This document shows, one piece after another, positions 1 through 7,329 of a stretch of DNA of 25,029 bases. Below the pieces are notes generated by a model that was not told the origin of the DNA, made no database searches, and saw nothing but the letters and a program-made list of their open reading frames with translations. Each line of letters opens with the position of its first letter. Positions within the stretch are counted from its first letter, which is position 1. Origin of the DNA: a virus (lineage: Duplodnaviria > Heunggongvirae > Uroviricota > Caudoviricetes); IMG/VR virus record IMGVR_UViG_2802429227_000004, positions 1 through 25,029 of that record. One strand, written 5' to 3'. A program made the translations under genes and the position numbers.

Positions 1-159
1 ATGAAAAACATTGCAGCTATCAAACGTAATAACCGCAAGATTCACGCTCGTAAGTTCCTGTCTACGCCAGAAGGAAAAGCCTGGCTAGAGCGTAAACAGA
101 GAGAGAACGAAGAAAGAAAACTCCTTAGTGAGTTGAAATGGCTTAGAGAGGATTTCTGA
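1..159 (+). CDS. Hypothetical small basic protein (52 aa); may be the 3' part of a longer gene cut by the window edge
   Basis: ATG at position 1 in frame to TGA at 157..159; K/R-rich; below the ORF-track length cutoff. Confidence 0.25.
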   Translation: MKNIAAIKRNNRKIHARKFLSTPEGKAWLERKQRENEERKLLSELKWLREDF

Positions 160-430
160 AAATCTCCAGAACGCAACAGGACGCATTCTAACGCTGTTTT
201 CATTACTCGGTATAGGGATGTATAGGTGATGTGTGTTTAATGCGTCTGTGAGCTTGTTTTGTGCCTTATTTTGCATTTTCATAATGCAGGAGAGAACACG
301 GAAAGCCTTAAAATTAATTATTGGGGTATTTAAGGCTATTTTTAGGTTATTTAAGGGTATTAAACTTGATTTAATTGGTTAAAATATAAACAGATAGTTC
401 TGTATCTTATTGATTTATAAGGTTATTTTT

Positions 431-500
431 AAATAAAGGTAAATAAAAAATAAATAGCCATAAATAGCTATAAATAGCTATAAATACATCTAAATACCTA
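431..500. repeat. Tandem degenerate decamer repeats (TAAATAGCTA-like, about 5-6 copies)
   Basis: taaatagcca / taaatagcta / taaatagcta / taaatacatc / taaataccta read head to tail at 451..500, with similar taaata units just upstream. Confidence 0.7.
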
Positions 501-513
501 TATCCCTTCCCTT

Positions 514-897
514 ATGGCTAGATTGCGAGAGGTGCTTAACGCGATTTTCAGCGCCCCCCGATCTGGAAAATCCAGAATCCCCAAATATCAGCAAGGAATT
601 TTCTTGCGTAATCAACATCGTTTTTACCTATTAAATCATTACACAGAAAGCCTTTCTGTAATGTCTCTCACTAAACTTTCACTAAACACGAGAATGATCG
701 GTTTTATGTCGGATCAGATGCTAGAAACAGCACCACGTCTCACAAGGGCTGTAAGCGATGAAACCAGTGTTTATGCGGGTGCAGGTCAAAATATAGGCCA
801 AAATCCATTTAACATAATAAACGTAATATGCACTAAGGAACACATAGAACGCCTTGAATTGATGTATCAGGGGAAAAGTGATGGATTTTTTACGTAG
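514..897 (+). CDS. Hypothetical protein (127 aa)
   Basis: ORF-track ORF; no convincing RBS upstream (cccttccctt before the ATG); no recognisable motifs. Confidence 0.3.
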   Translation: MARLREVLNAIFSAPRSGKSRIPKYQQGIFLRNQHRFYLLNHYTESLSVMSLTKLSLNTRMIGFMSDQMLETAPRLTRAVSDETSVYAGAGQNIGQNPFNIINVICTKEHIERLELMYQGKSDGFFT

Positions 898-977
898 GAG
901 CACGAGAGGGCTTCTGTTGACTTTTGTATGCTATGAAATATAATTAAAGGTTTTTTGTTTTTATCGTGTGATGTAGT

Positions 978-1421
978 GGATTACACAGGGGGATAGATTA
1001 AATGGTGTTCTGTTTATACAGGTTTATTTGTTAGATCAACAATTTGGCATTTCTAAACAGATGTTTGAACGTTGCCAAATGTATTGACAACACAAGAAAA
1101 GGGCTTGCTATGCCACGCATTACACGAAATAAGGCTGTAAAAACAAAATAAATTTTAAAATTTGCACAAACGAGAAAACTCGTTCAGAAACAAGCAGAAT
1201 AATTTTTAGCCAACAATTTCTGATGGTGCTCTGTAAGCCGCATTACACAAGGCTTTGCGAAAGTGATGTAAAAGTGAAGAAAGCTAACATTGCACTTTGA
1301 AGCCATTTTTCATTGGATTTTTTAGTAGGGAATTACACAGGGAATAGAGAGCATTATTCTATGATTTACACAGGGAATATAGGGGATTATGGCACACACA
1401 TAGAAAGGCATTACACAGAGT
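978..1421. repeat. Iteron family 1: about 6 dispersed direct copies of a CATTACACAG-like motif
   Basis: ggattacacaggggg (~980), cgcattacacgaaat (~1119), ccgcattacacaaggc (~1241), gaattacacagggaatagag (~1333), gatttacacagggaatat (~1366), ggcattacacagagtg (~1409). Confidence 0.65.
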
Positions 1422-1464
1422 GAGTGCTATGTGATGATTGGTAGTAACGGTAGGTCATAGTGAA

Positions 1465-1602
1465 CTACCCCCACAGAATTCTGTTAATCTTAACTTTTAA
1501 AGAGATTTTTACCCTAACAAAATTCTGTTACCCCACCCTAACAGAATTCTGTTAGACACCCCCACAGAAAACTGTTAGACACCCCCACAGAATTCTGTTA
1601 CC
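1465..1602. repeat. Iteron family 2: 5 copies of a C-rich flanked palindrome, CCCCCACAGAATTCTGTTA
   Basis: Copies at ~1465, ~1511, ~1531, ~1557 and ~1580; core ACAGAATTCTGT is a perfect palindrome, as expected for a dimeric DNA-binding protein site. Confidence 0.7.
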
Positions 1603-2160
1603 TATTAGATCATTTATTAAATTACTTATTAAATTATAATATTATATATTTATTTATATGATCTTTTGCCTTCCGGCGTTAGCTTCACTCTCTGGCAAGC
1701 AGCCTTACTCCGCTACCTTTCGGGCTTCGTGGCTGGCCCGTTCCGCTCACACCGAAAGCAAAGCGTTACTTTCTTCGTGTAACTATCGTTGGCGGTAACG
1801 CCCACGAAGAAATACTATTGCGCTGTGCGCAGAAGAGTAATCACCTAACCAATCATACTGATTGCTTACGTGTTAACTCTCTCTAACTCTTAATTACCCT
1901 CCTACATTTAATAACTCTCGTTATTCTCTGTAGTTGTGTAATTACTCGAAGAGAGAGCGGCTAAAGCTCAATTACACTCTGCTTTCCTCGTGTAATTTCA
2001 CTAAGCCTCAATACAATTCCACTTCCACATTCTGTAGTCGTGTAATTGTTTTCGGTGGAAAAGCCAGAGGCGACACCGAAAGAGAATTCTGATCTTATTA
2101 ATCTTATCTATCTTAGTTATCTTACTTATCTTACTTACTTTATCTACTTTATTATTAATA
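1603..2160. promoter_or_regulatory. Origin-associated non-coding region: AT-rich tract (1603..1670), structured GC-richer segment with inverted repeats, GTGTAATT/AATTACAC repeats, TATCTTA repeats (about 2095..2150)
   Basis: No credible ORF; inverted repeat ttcttcgtg...cacgaagaa near 1770..1815; repeated ttctgtagt(t/c)gtgtaatt units near 1925 and 2025; atctta x5 around 2100..2140. Confidence 0.4.
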
Positions 2161-2678
2161 ATAGCTTTATAAGCTCTCTGTAGCTCTCTGACGCAAGAAA
2201 CAGCATTCAGGAAGGGAATCACCTTAGAAAAGTGTTCTTTGCGTCATAATGTGTTTTATGAAGGATTCAGAGGTGTTTCATAACAGGAATGTATAGAGGA
2301 TACTTTAATTAATTAAAAATAAGGGGTCTAAATGCTTCTCTAACAGCATTAAGCAGGGTAGAGAATGGAAACGCATTGTCTACATATATAATCTCACTAC
2401 AGGGCTTTACAGAGCGTTTTATAAAGTGACTCTCTGTTTTATATTTACCATTACCTTCTCATACACCTAACAAATACAAAATAAGCCCCTTAAATAAGCC
2501 TCTGGCGAGCTAAACAGCCATTAGATAAGGCAATGTATTTCTTTTATCAAAATCTCGTTAGAACGCGTTTTAGAGCGTTTTAGCGGATAATGAAGAATAG
2601 CACTACACAGAAGAGCACGAATAGCTAAGAAAAAATGTAAGTGCATGAAAAAGATCAGATTTTTTATGAAAAGGTATT

Positions 2679-2712
2679 GACAAATGTTTCTTTATATGTA
2701 ATAATAGGTATT
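2679..2712 (+). promoter_or_regulatory. Sigma70-like promoter candidate upstream of 2816 gene
   Basis: TTGACA at 2679..2684 followed by AT-rich -10-like hexamers (tatatg/aataat) about 17 bp downstream. Confidence 0.3.
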
Positions 2713-2815
2713 AGAGGGACAGAAAAACATTCTTCTCTAAATAATCAAAATCAATGCACTTTGAAGCCGTCAGGCTTGCAAGGTGTTTTTCTTTTAACTG
2801 AATAAGGAGTTTTTT

Positions 2816-3004
2816 ATGAAATGGTTTACCCCGGAGCACGTCGTCTCGGCATTTAAAAAAGGTGAGCTTACACGCCACCAAGTAGTAATGAATCGTAATA
2901 TGGCAAGGAGTCGAGGTTATCCAGAGCGAGCAGCTTGCTTCAATGAAGCACTCAAGATTATTGATGAATTAAGAAAAAATGAAAAAGAATCTGAAACAGA
3001 GTAA
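2816..3004 (+). CDS. Hypothetical small protein (62 aa)
   Basis: ORF-track ORF with AAGGAG RBS 7-8 nt upstream of the ATG. Confidence 0.5.
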   Translation: MKWFTPEHVVSAFKKGELTRHQVVMNRNMARSRGYPERAACFNEALKIIDELRKNEKESETE

Positions 3005-3023
3005 AGAATAGAAGGAGAAAACT

Positions 3024-3191
3024 ATGAGCGAAACCAAGAAACCAATTCCGCGCACTTACCTACACGTTGACCCTGAAATCTTCAAGGTTTTATTTGCTGA
3101 AGCCAAGAAAAGGCAAATTATGGTCAGTGATTTGATGTTAGAAATCATTACTGAAGCAGCAGAGAACATCAAACAAAAAAAGGGTAAGTGA
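3024..3191 (+). CDS. Small ribbon-helix-helix-like (CopG/Arc-type) putative regulator (55 aa)
   Basis: Not in ORF track (<60 aa). GAAGGAG RBS then ATG at 3024, TGA at 3189..3191. Translation MSETKKPIPRTYLHVDPEIFKVLFAEAKKRQIMVSDLMLEIITEAAENIKQKKGK has a beta-strand then helix pattern typical of RHH proteins. Confidence 0.45.
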   Translation: MSETKKPIPRTYLHVDPEIFKVLFAEAKKRQIMVSDLMLEIITEAAENIKQKKGK

Positions 3192-3242
3192 TCCTCATTC
3201 ACTTTAGTAGCGCATTAAGCGTGATTTATAAGGAGATTTTTA

Positions 3243-3896
3243 ATGATTAATGAAGAACAATTTGTAAAAGTTCCTATGTGGATTCTAAAAATAAGCCAAG
3301 TAAACGGGCATAAATTTACAGATAGTGCTAAAAACCTTTACTGCTATCTGAAAGGGTTTGATCGTGCATTTCCCTCTTACGCTAAGATAGGCGATGTTTT
3401 TGGCATAACACCAAGAGCAGCAGAGGAAAGGGTTAAGAAATTGCTCGAAATGGGATTAATTATAAAAGATGCACGACCAGGAAGTTCTAATGTCTATCAA
3501 GTGGTAGATATTCCACAAGAAGAAGCTAGACAAGAAGCCAAGACACAACAAGAAGCTACTGTTAAAGCTGTTCCTGATCAGCTTCCCCCTACGGAAGATA
3601 ATAAAGAGTCTTCTTTTGATGTTCTTGATGATTGGGATGCGCCTTTGCCGTGGGAGACGGAAGAAACACCTGTTTCATCAAGTGAAAAAGTAACTAATGA
3701 TAATGAGGAGGATGTGTTAGAGAATTTTGCCTCTCTTATCTGCCAGGAGAAAAACACCAGAACAGGAGGATCATCATTTATAGAATTTGCAAATTCACTA
3801 GCTTATAGACACGGGCTAAAACGACCAAATGGTATTGAGGCATATTTTGCTAAGAAACATCCCAAAGTATATGAAGACTTTGATATTCCATTTTAA
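3243..3896 (+). CDS. Putative replication initiator-like protein with winged helix-turn-helix N-terminal domain and acidic C-terminal region (217 aa)
   Basis: AAGGAG RBS; N-terminal segment (VPMWIL...NLYCYL...YAKIGDVFGITPRAAEERVKKLLEMGLII) resembles HTH domains of plasmid/phage Rep proteins; acidic DVLDDWDAPLPWETEE tail; sits next to iterons. Confidence 0.5.
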   Translation: MINEEQFVKVPMWILKISQVNGHKFTDSAKNLYCYLKGFDRAFPSYAKIGDVFGITPRAAEERVKKLLEMGLIIKDARPGSSNVYQVVDIPQEEARQEAKTQQEATVKAVPDQLPPTEDNKESSFDVLDDWDAPLPWETEETPVSSSEKVTNDNEEDVLENFASLICQEKNTRTGGSSFIEFANSLAYRHGLKRPNGIEAYFAKKHPKVYEDFDIPF

Positions 3897-3907
3897 TAAG
3901 GAGGGTT

Positions 3908-4186
3908 ATGATTCAATATTTAGTAAAAAATCAAGTAGACAGAATTCAGTGTAATGACACAGGAAAACGCATCTACGAAACACTTGCTTACCTCTATAAA
4001 GGAAAGCCAACACCGCTAAAATATAGCGATGTGTTACATCGAGCAGGGTGCTCTGAAGATGGTTTAAAATTCTGGCTGAAACAGCTATCAAACTTCGGTG
4101 TTATAGAGATTAAAGAATTATCTTTCTCTACATTCAATCTCAAAAGACTGGATAAAGAAATAGACTTCATCTATTCCACTCTCTAA
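3908..4186 (+). CDS. Hypothetical protein (92 aa), possibly a small DNA-binding protein
   Basis: ORF-track ORF with AAGGAGGG RBS; immediately follows the Rep-like gene. Confidence 0.5.
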   Translation: MIQYLVKNQVDRIQCNDTGKRIYETLAYLYKGKPTPLKYSDVLHRAGCSEDGLKFWLKQLSNFGVIEIKELSFSTFNLKRLDKEIDFIYSTL

Positions 4187-4318
4187 AATCTCTCTATGTA
4201 ATTAAAATATAAAAGGAAAACATTATTATGATAGTAGCTATGTATTGGTTATTGTTCTTTCTCACGTTAGAAACATATTTCGGGGTGTTTTCCTTTAAAA
4301 GAAAAGGAAAAGTAAATA

Positions 4319-4726
4319 ATGGCAAAAAGAAAAAACAACGTTGTTAAGAAAATCGGTGATTCAGCTTCTCTTCTAAGTAAACCTAAATCTATTCTAAGAC
4401 GTAAAGACTTTAAAGAGCTAGTTACGCTCACCAAGCATAATAGCGCCCCTGGCGAATGGAAAACAGAGATCATAGAACATTCTCCCTCTGTGCCTTGTGG
4501 AGATGAATTTAACGCCTTACAAGAAATCTTATCTTCAACACCTGGCGTATTCTGGAAACCTAGAAAAAGAAAAGAGTATATTGTTAGTTCTGACGAACTC
4601 CGCAAATACCAGATTTTAGGATTTGAAGACTATAACCACTACGTCGGTTATCTCGCCACCAATGGCCTAAATAATTTAGTTCCTGAATTCCATTTAGATA
4701 ATGATGATCACTATGGAGACTTTTAA
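4319..4726 (+). CDS. Hypothetical protein (135 aa)
   Basis: ORF-track ORF, basic N-terminus; antisense ORF 4267..4605 treated as a shadow. Confidence 0.5.
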   Translation: MAKRKNNVVKKIGDSASLLSKPKSILRRKDFKELVTLTKHNSAPGEWKTEIIEHSPSVPCGDEFNALQEILSSTPGVFWKPRKRKEYIVSSDELRKYQILGFEDYNHYVGYLATNGLNNLVPEFHLDNDDHYGDF

Positions 4727-4727
4727 T

Positions 4728-5063
4728 ATGAACAAAAACACGTATGACACAATTTATTCACTAATTAATTATTATGAGGATGATTACCTCCTGCCTTTAA
4801 ACCGTGCTGAACTTGAAGCACACAAAAACTCCACGCCAGCGGCACTAAATGAGGCGTTTAAACACTGGGATTTAGCTGTGAATGCCTTTGAGATGCTCTG
4901 TAAGCGTGTAGAGATGCTCTGTAAGCGTGAAAACGCATACCTGACAGCCGATCAGATATGGGAGCTATCAAACTGGATAGAAGATATTGAATCTGATGTT
5001 CGCTATGTGGGAGATGGCCTTATCGAACTCGCTCAACGCTTAGCCATTATCACAGAAGAATAA
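4728..5063 (+). CDS. Hypothetical protein (about 111 aa) containing a 21 bp tandem duplication
   Basis: ORF-track ORF 4701..5063; ATG at 4728 preferred because it follows the upstream stop with GGAGA about 10 nt upstream. In-frame tandem repeat gagatgctctgtaagcgtg at 4890..4931. Confidence 0.5.
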   Translation: MNKNTYDTIYSLINYYEDDYLLPLNRAELEAHKNSTPAALNEAFKHWDLAVNAFEMLCKRVEMLCKRENAYLTADQIWELSNWIEDIESDVRYVGDGLIELAQRLAIITEE

Positions 5064-5092
5064 AAAAAGCAACAAAAAAGTTGTAAAATATC

Positions 5093-5121
5093 TTGACATT
5101 TCATATATTGTATGTTAATAT
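5093..5121 (+). promoter_or_regulatory. Strong sigma70 consensus-like promoter
   Basis: TTGACA (5093..5098), 17 bp spacer, TAATAT (5116..5121). Confidence 0.6.
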
Positions 5122-5127
5122 AATTAT

Positions 5128-5345
5128 ATAGGGTGATTATTTTTCCTTTATTGGTTCGATATTAAAAATTCTTCTTGTCGTTAAAGGGGAGTAAAATCTC
5201 CGCTCCCCGCTTCTCCTCCTCCTTAAGTGTCATTATTACCTCTTTTTTCCTTTGTTATGCATACATCTTGGAGTATGCATAACATAGGGTAATTACATAG
5301 GTACAAGTTAATAAAAGGCGGCTCTAAATGCTGCCTTTTATTTTG
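5128..5345 (+). ncRNA. Candidate small RNA or structured leader/attenuator (about 215 nt) between promoter and intrinsic terminator-like hairpin
   Basis: Begins just downstream of the 5093 promoter; hairpin ggggag...ctcccc (~5186..5208); perfect palindrome ttatgcatac-N8-gtatgcataa (5255..5282); hairpin aaaaggcggc-tctaaat-gctgcctttt followed by a T-rich run (5313..5345); no convincing ORF on the + strand. Confidence 0.3.
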
Positions 5346-5406
5346 CCCGTTATACAACTTAAAAGTTGTATTTCTTACTTTAAACAAGGTAACAAGGTTT
5401 ATATAA

Positions 5407-5619
5407 ATGTTGTTTTTAAATGATAAAGAGCAAATCATCAAGTATCGCGATGAAATGCTAAAGATCAATCCACAAATTACCGAAATGGTAGCTAAATACG
5501 CTGGGTGTTCTGTCGAAGAAGTGGAACGTTGTGTTGAAAAATATTTTTCTCCTTCTTCTCCGTCTACACCTTCCCTTAATGAATTAATCAAATTAAAAGC
5601 TAAGGAGATTACTAAATGA
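5407..5619 (+). CDS. Hypothetical small protein (70 aa)
   Basis: ORF-track ORF; 4 nt ATGA overlap with the next gene suggests translational coupling. Confidence 0.45.
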   Translation: MLFLNDKEQIIKYRDEMLKINPQITEMVAKYAGCSVEEVERCVEKYFSPSSPSTPSLNELIKLKAKEITK

Positions 5620-5978
5620 TTATTGATTTAGACACTCTATTTCCAGTTCGAAAGACTTTCACAGATATTGTAAGTTATTGTACTGATCCGTTTGCCTCTG
5701 TAGAAAGCAAGGTTTTTGCTTCTCTTCCTGCTGATGTTGAATGCGGCGACTTGATCACCAGAACTGGCGCTAAATATGTATCAGGAGATGATATCTATGT
5801 TGTTATGAGTGAGTTTTTAACGGCTGGAGACAACAAGCCTGTAGATGTGCTACGTAGCAATGCTGGCCTTGTCTGCATCAAAGCTGATGCGCTGAATGCT
5901 GTAAGTGAAGCAGCAAAAACAGCATTAATTAAAAAAGGCTTCCAGCTTGAAGGGTTCCACTCTGTTTTCACTTCTTAA
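5616..5978 (+). CDS. Hypothetical protein (120 aa), first gene of a putative structural-like module
   Basis: AAGGAG RBS; tightly linked to the 342 aa gene. Confidence 0.55.
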   Translation: MIIDLDTLFPVRKTFTDIVSYCTDPFASVESKVFASLPADVECGDLITRTGAKYVSGDDIYVVMSEFLTAGDNKPVDVLRSNAGLVCIKADALNAVSEAAKTALIKKGFQLEGFHSVFTS

Positions 5979-5996
5979 TAAAAGGAATAATAATAA

Positions 5997-7025
5997 ATGA
6001 TTCTAGGCAATGATTACGTTGATTTGATCCCTCTGTTCCAGGCACACAACACTAGAAATTATCTACTCTCTACCCTTGATTTTACGGATTCTGTAGGGGT
6101 TACATCTCATAAAGTAGCTGTTTCCCAGCTTGTCGAAAGCAACGAATCTCTCTTTAACAAAGAGACAAGCCGTTTTAGTTCTGAACACAATGTTACTAAG
6201 CGTGAACAAGGTAAAGAATGGCTTATTGAAATCCCGTATTTTCTTCGTGAAGATGTGATCCGTCCTTCTGATGTTCAAGGCAAGCGTAAGCCTGGCACTG
6301 ATTTTCAGGAAACACTCACTGATATCTATGCTGACTATGTTGCTAAACACCACGTAGCGTATCAGCGTACAAAAGAGAGCGTGTTGGCGGCTTCTTTGTT
6401 CTCTGGCAAAACTTACACGCCTAAAACTGATGATGTTCTTATCGAGTGGGGCAAGCTGTTTAACGTATCAGCTATGAAAGCCACTGTGAACGCTTCCAGC
6501 ACTGACACCACGAAGATTTTTAAAGAATTTGATCAGATTGCTACCAATATTTTTGAAATCACACAAAGCCAGGCGTCAGCGGTAGAAAGAATTGTTGTTT
6601 TCTGTAAACCGGAAGCCTTCTCTGCAATTCGATTCTCTGCGGGTATGGCAAACGCATTCCAGTATGTAAGCCCACTGGAAGAAGGGAACGTTGTGTATCA
6701 GCGTCGTGACCTGCTGCCAGGGGTGACAGCGTTCACTATTCCAGGAACTAACATTGATGTTATTAAACTGGTAGATCCGCTACATCTTGCACATATGACC
6801 GCAGACGCTGTAGCTGTGCCTAAATTCGCTAAAGGCTCTAACGTATATCAGAACATCTACGGGGCTGCTTCCAGCACCTTTGAACTGATTAATGCCGCTC
6901 CCGCTGAGGTTTATAGCTACAGCTATGAATCTTCTCGTGGTGATGCTGTTAACGTTGTTACAGAGAATAGCCAGATGGTTGTAAACCACGGTGTAGGCTT
7001 CTCTGTTCAAATCACTGTGAAATAA
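5997..7025 (+). CDS. Hypothetical protein (342 aa); tentative homolog of the HK97-fold major capsid protein family of T7-like phages (gp10-like)
   Basis: Long ORF with RBS. Segment RIVVFCKPEAFSAIRFSAGMANAFQYVSPLEEGN (DNA about 6585..6700) matches, from memory, the T7 gp10 region RVFYCDPDSYSAILAALMPNAANYAALIDPEKG (pattern FCxPxxxSAI...MxNAxxY...EG); similar size to gp10A. Not verified by any search. Confidence 0.5.
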   Translation: MILGNDYVDLIPLFQAHNTRNYLLSTLDFTDSVGVTSHKVAVSQLVESNESLFNKETSRFSSEHNVTKREQGKEWLIEIPYFLREDVIRPSDVQGKRKPGTDFQETLTDIYADYVAKHHVAYQRTKESVLAASLFSGKTYTPKTDDVLIEWGKLFNVSAMKATVNASSTDTTKIFKEFDQIATNIFEITQSQASAVERIVVFCKPEAFSAIRFSAGMANAFQYVSPLEEGNVVYQRRDLLPGVTAFTIPGTNIDVIKLVDPLHLAHMTADAVAVPKFAKGSNVYQNIYGAASSTFELINAAPAEVYSYSYESSRGDAVNVVTENSQMVVNHGVGFSVQITVK

Positions 7026-7043
7026 TATTTTAACGTGTAATAG

Positions 7044-7080
7044 AGGCGTGGCGTGTATTCACGCTTCGCCTTTTTTTATT
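7044..7080 (+). terminator. Rho-independent terminator candidate after the 342 aa gene
   Basis: ggcgtggcgtg-tattc-acgcttcgcc imperfect hairpin followed by ttttttt. Confidence 0.5.
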
Positions 7081-7111
7081 TATTTTTTAAATTTTGAGAG
7101 GTGATTAAAAT

Positions 7112-7315
7112 ATGGAAGTGATTTTGAAATCAAAAAATGGTTTACACGTACATTTAGATGCTAATGATTCTAGAGGCTTGTTAAATCTGAAATATCTATG
7201 TTCTCTTTTAGATGTTCCATATGAAGGCGTAAAAGCCCGTATGTTCAGACTAAACGAGAGTATTGATCAGGCTCTACACCATTTCTTAAGTAAAGAAGGT
7301 GGTAAAAATGATTAA
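7112..7315 (+). CDS. Hypothetical small protein (67 aa)
   Basis: ORF-track ORF with GAGAGG RBS region. Confidence 0.45.
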   Translation: MEVILKSKNGLHVHLDANDSRGLLNLKYLCSLLDVPYEGVKARMFRLNESIDQALHHFLSKEGGKND

Positions 7316-7329
7316 TAAGGGGATTTTAA

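Noticed and set aside
1465-1602. Possible CRISPR array (also considered for 23824..24115)
   Set aside because: Repeat units are short, palindromic or in both orientations, irregularly spaced, with no uniform spacers and no cas genes; iterons or binding sites fit better.
1671-2100. Retron-like msr/msd structured RNA
   Set aside because: Inverted repeats are present but there is no reverse transcriptase ORF nearby; origin-associated structure is more likely.
2001-2222. 73 aa minus-strand ORF in the origin-like region
   Set aside because: Sits in repetitive AT-rich non-coding DNA; K/I-rich translation typical of AT-rich noise.
5223-5591. 122 aa minus-strand ORF
   Set aside because: Overlaps the promoter/hairpin region and the + strand gene at 5407; the + strand features explain the region better.
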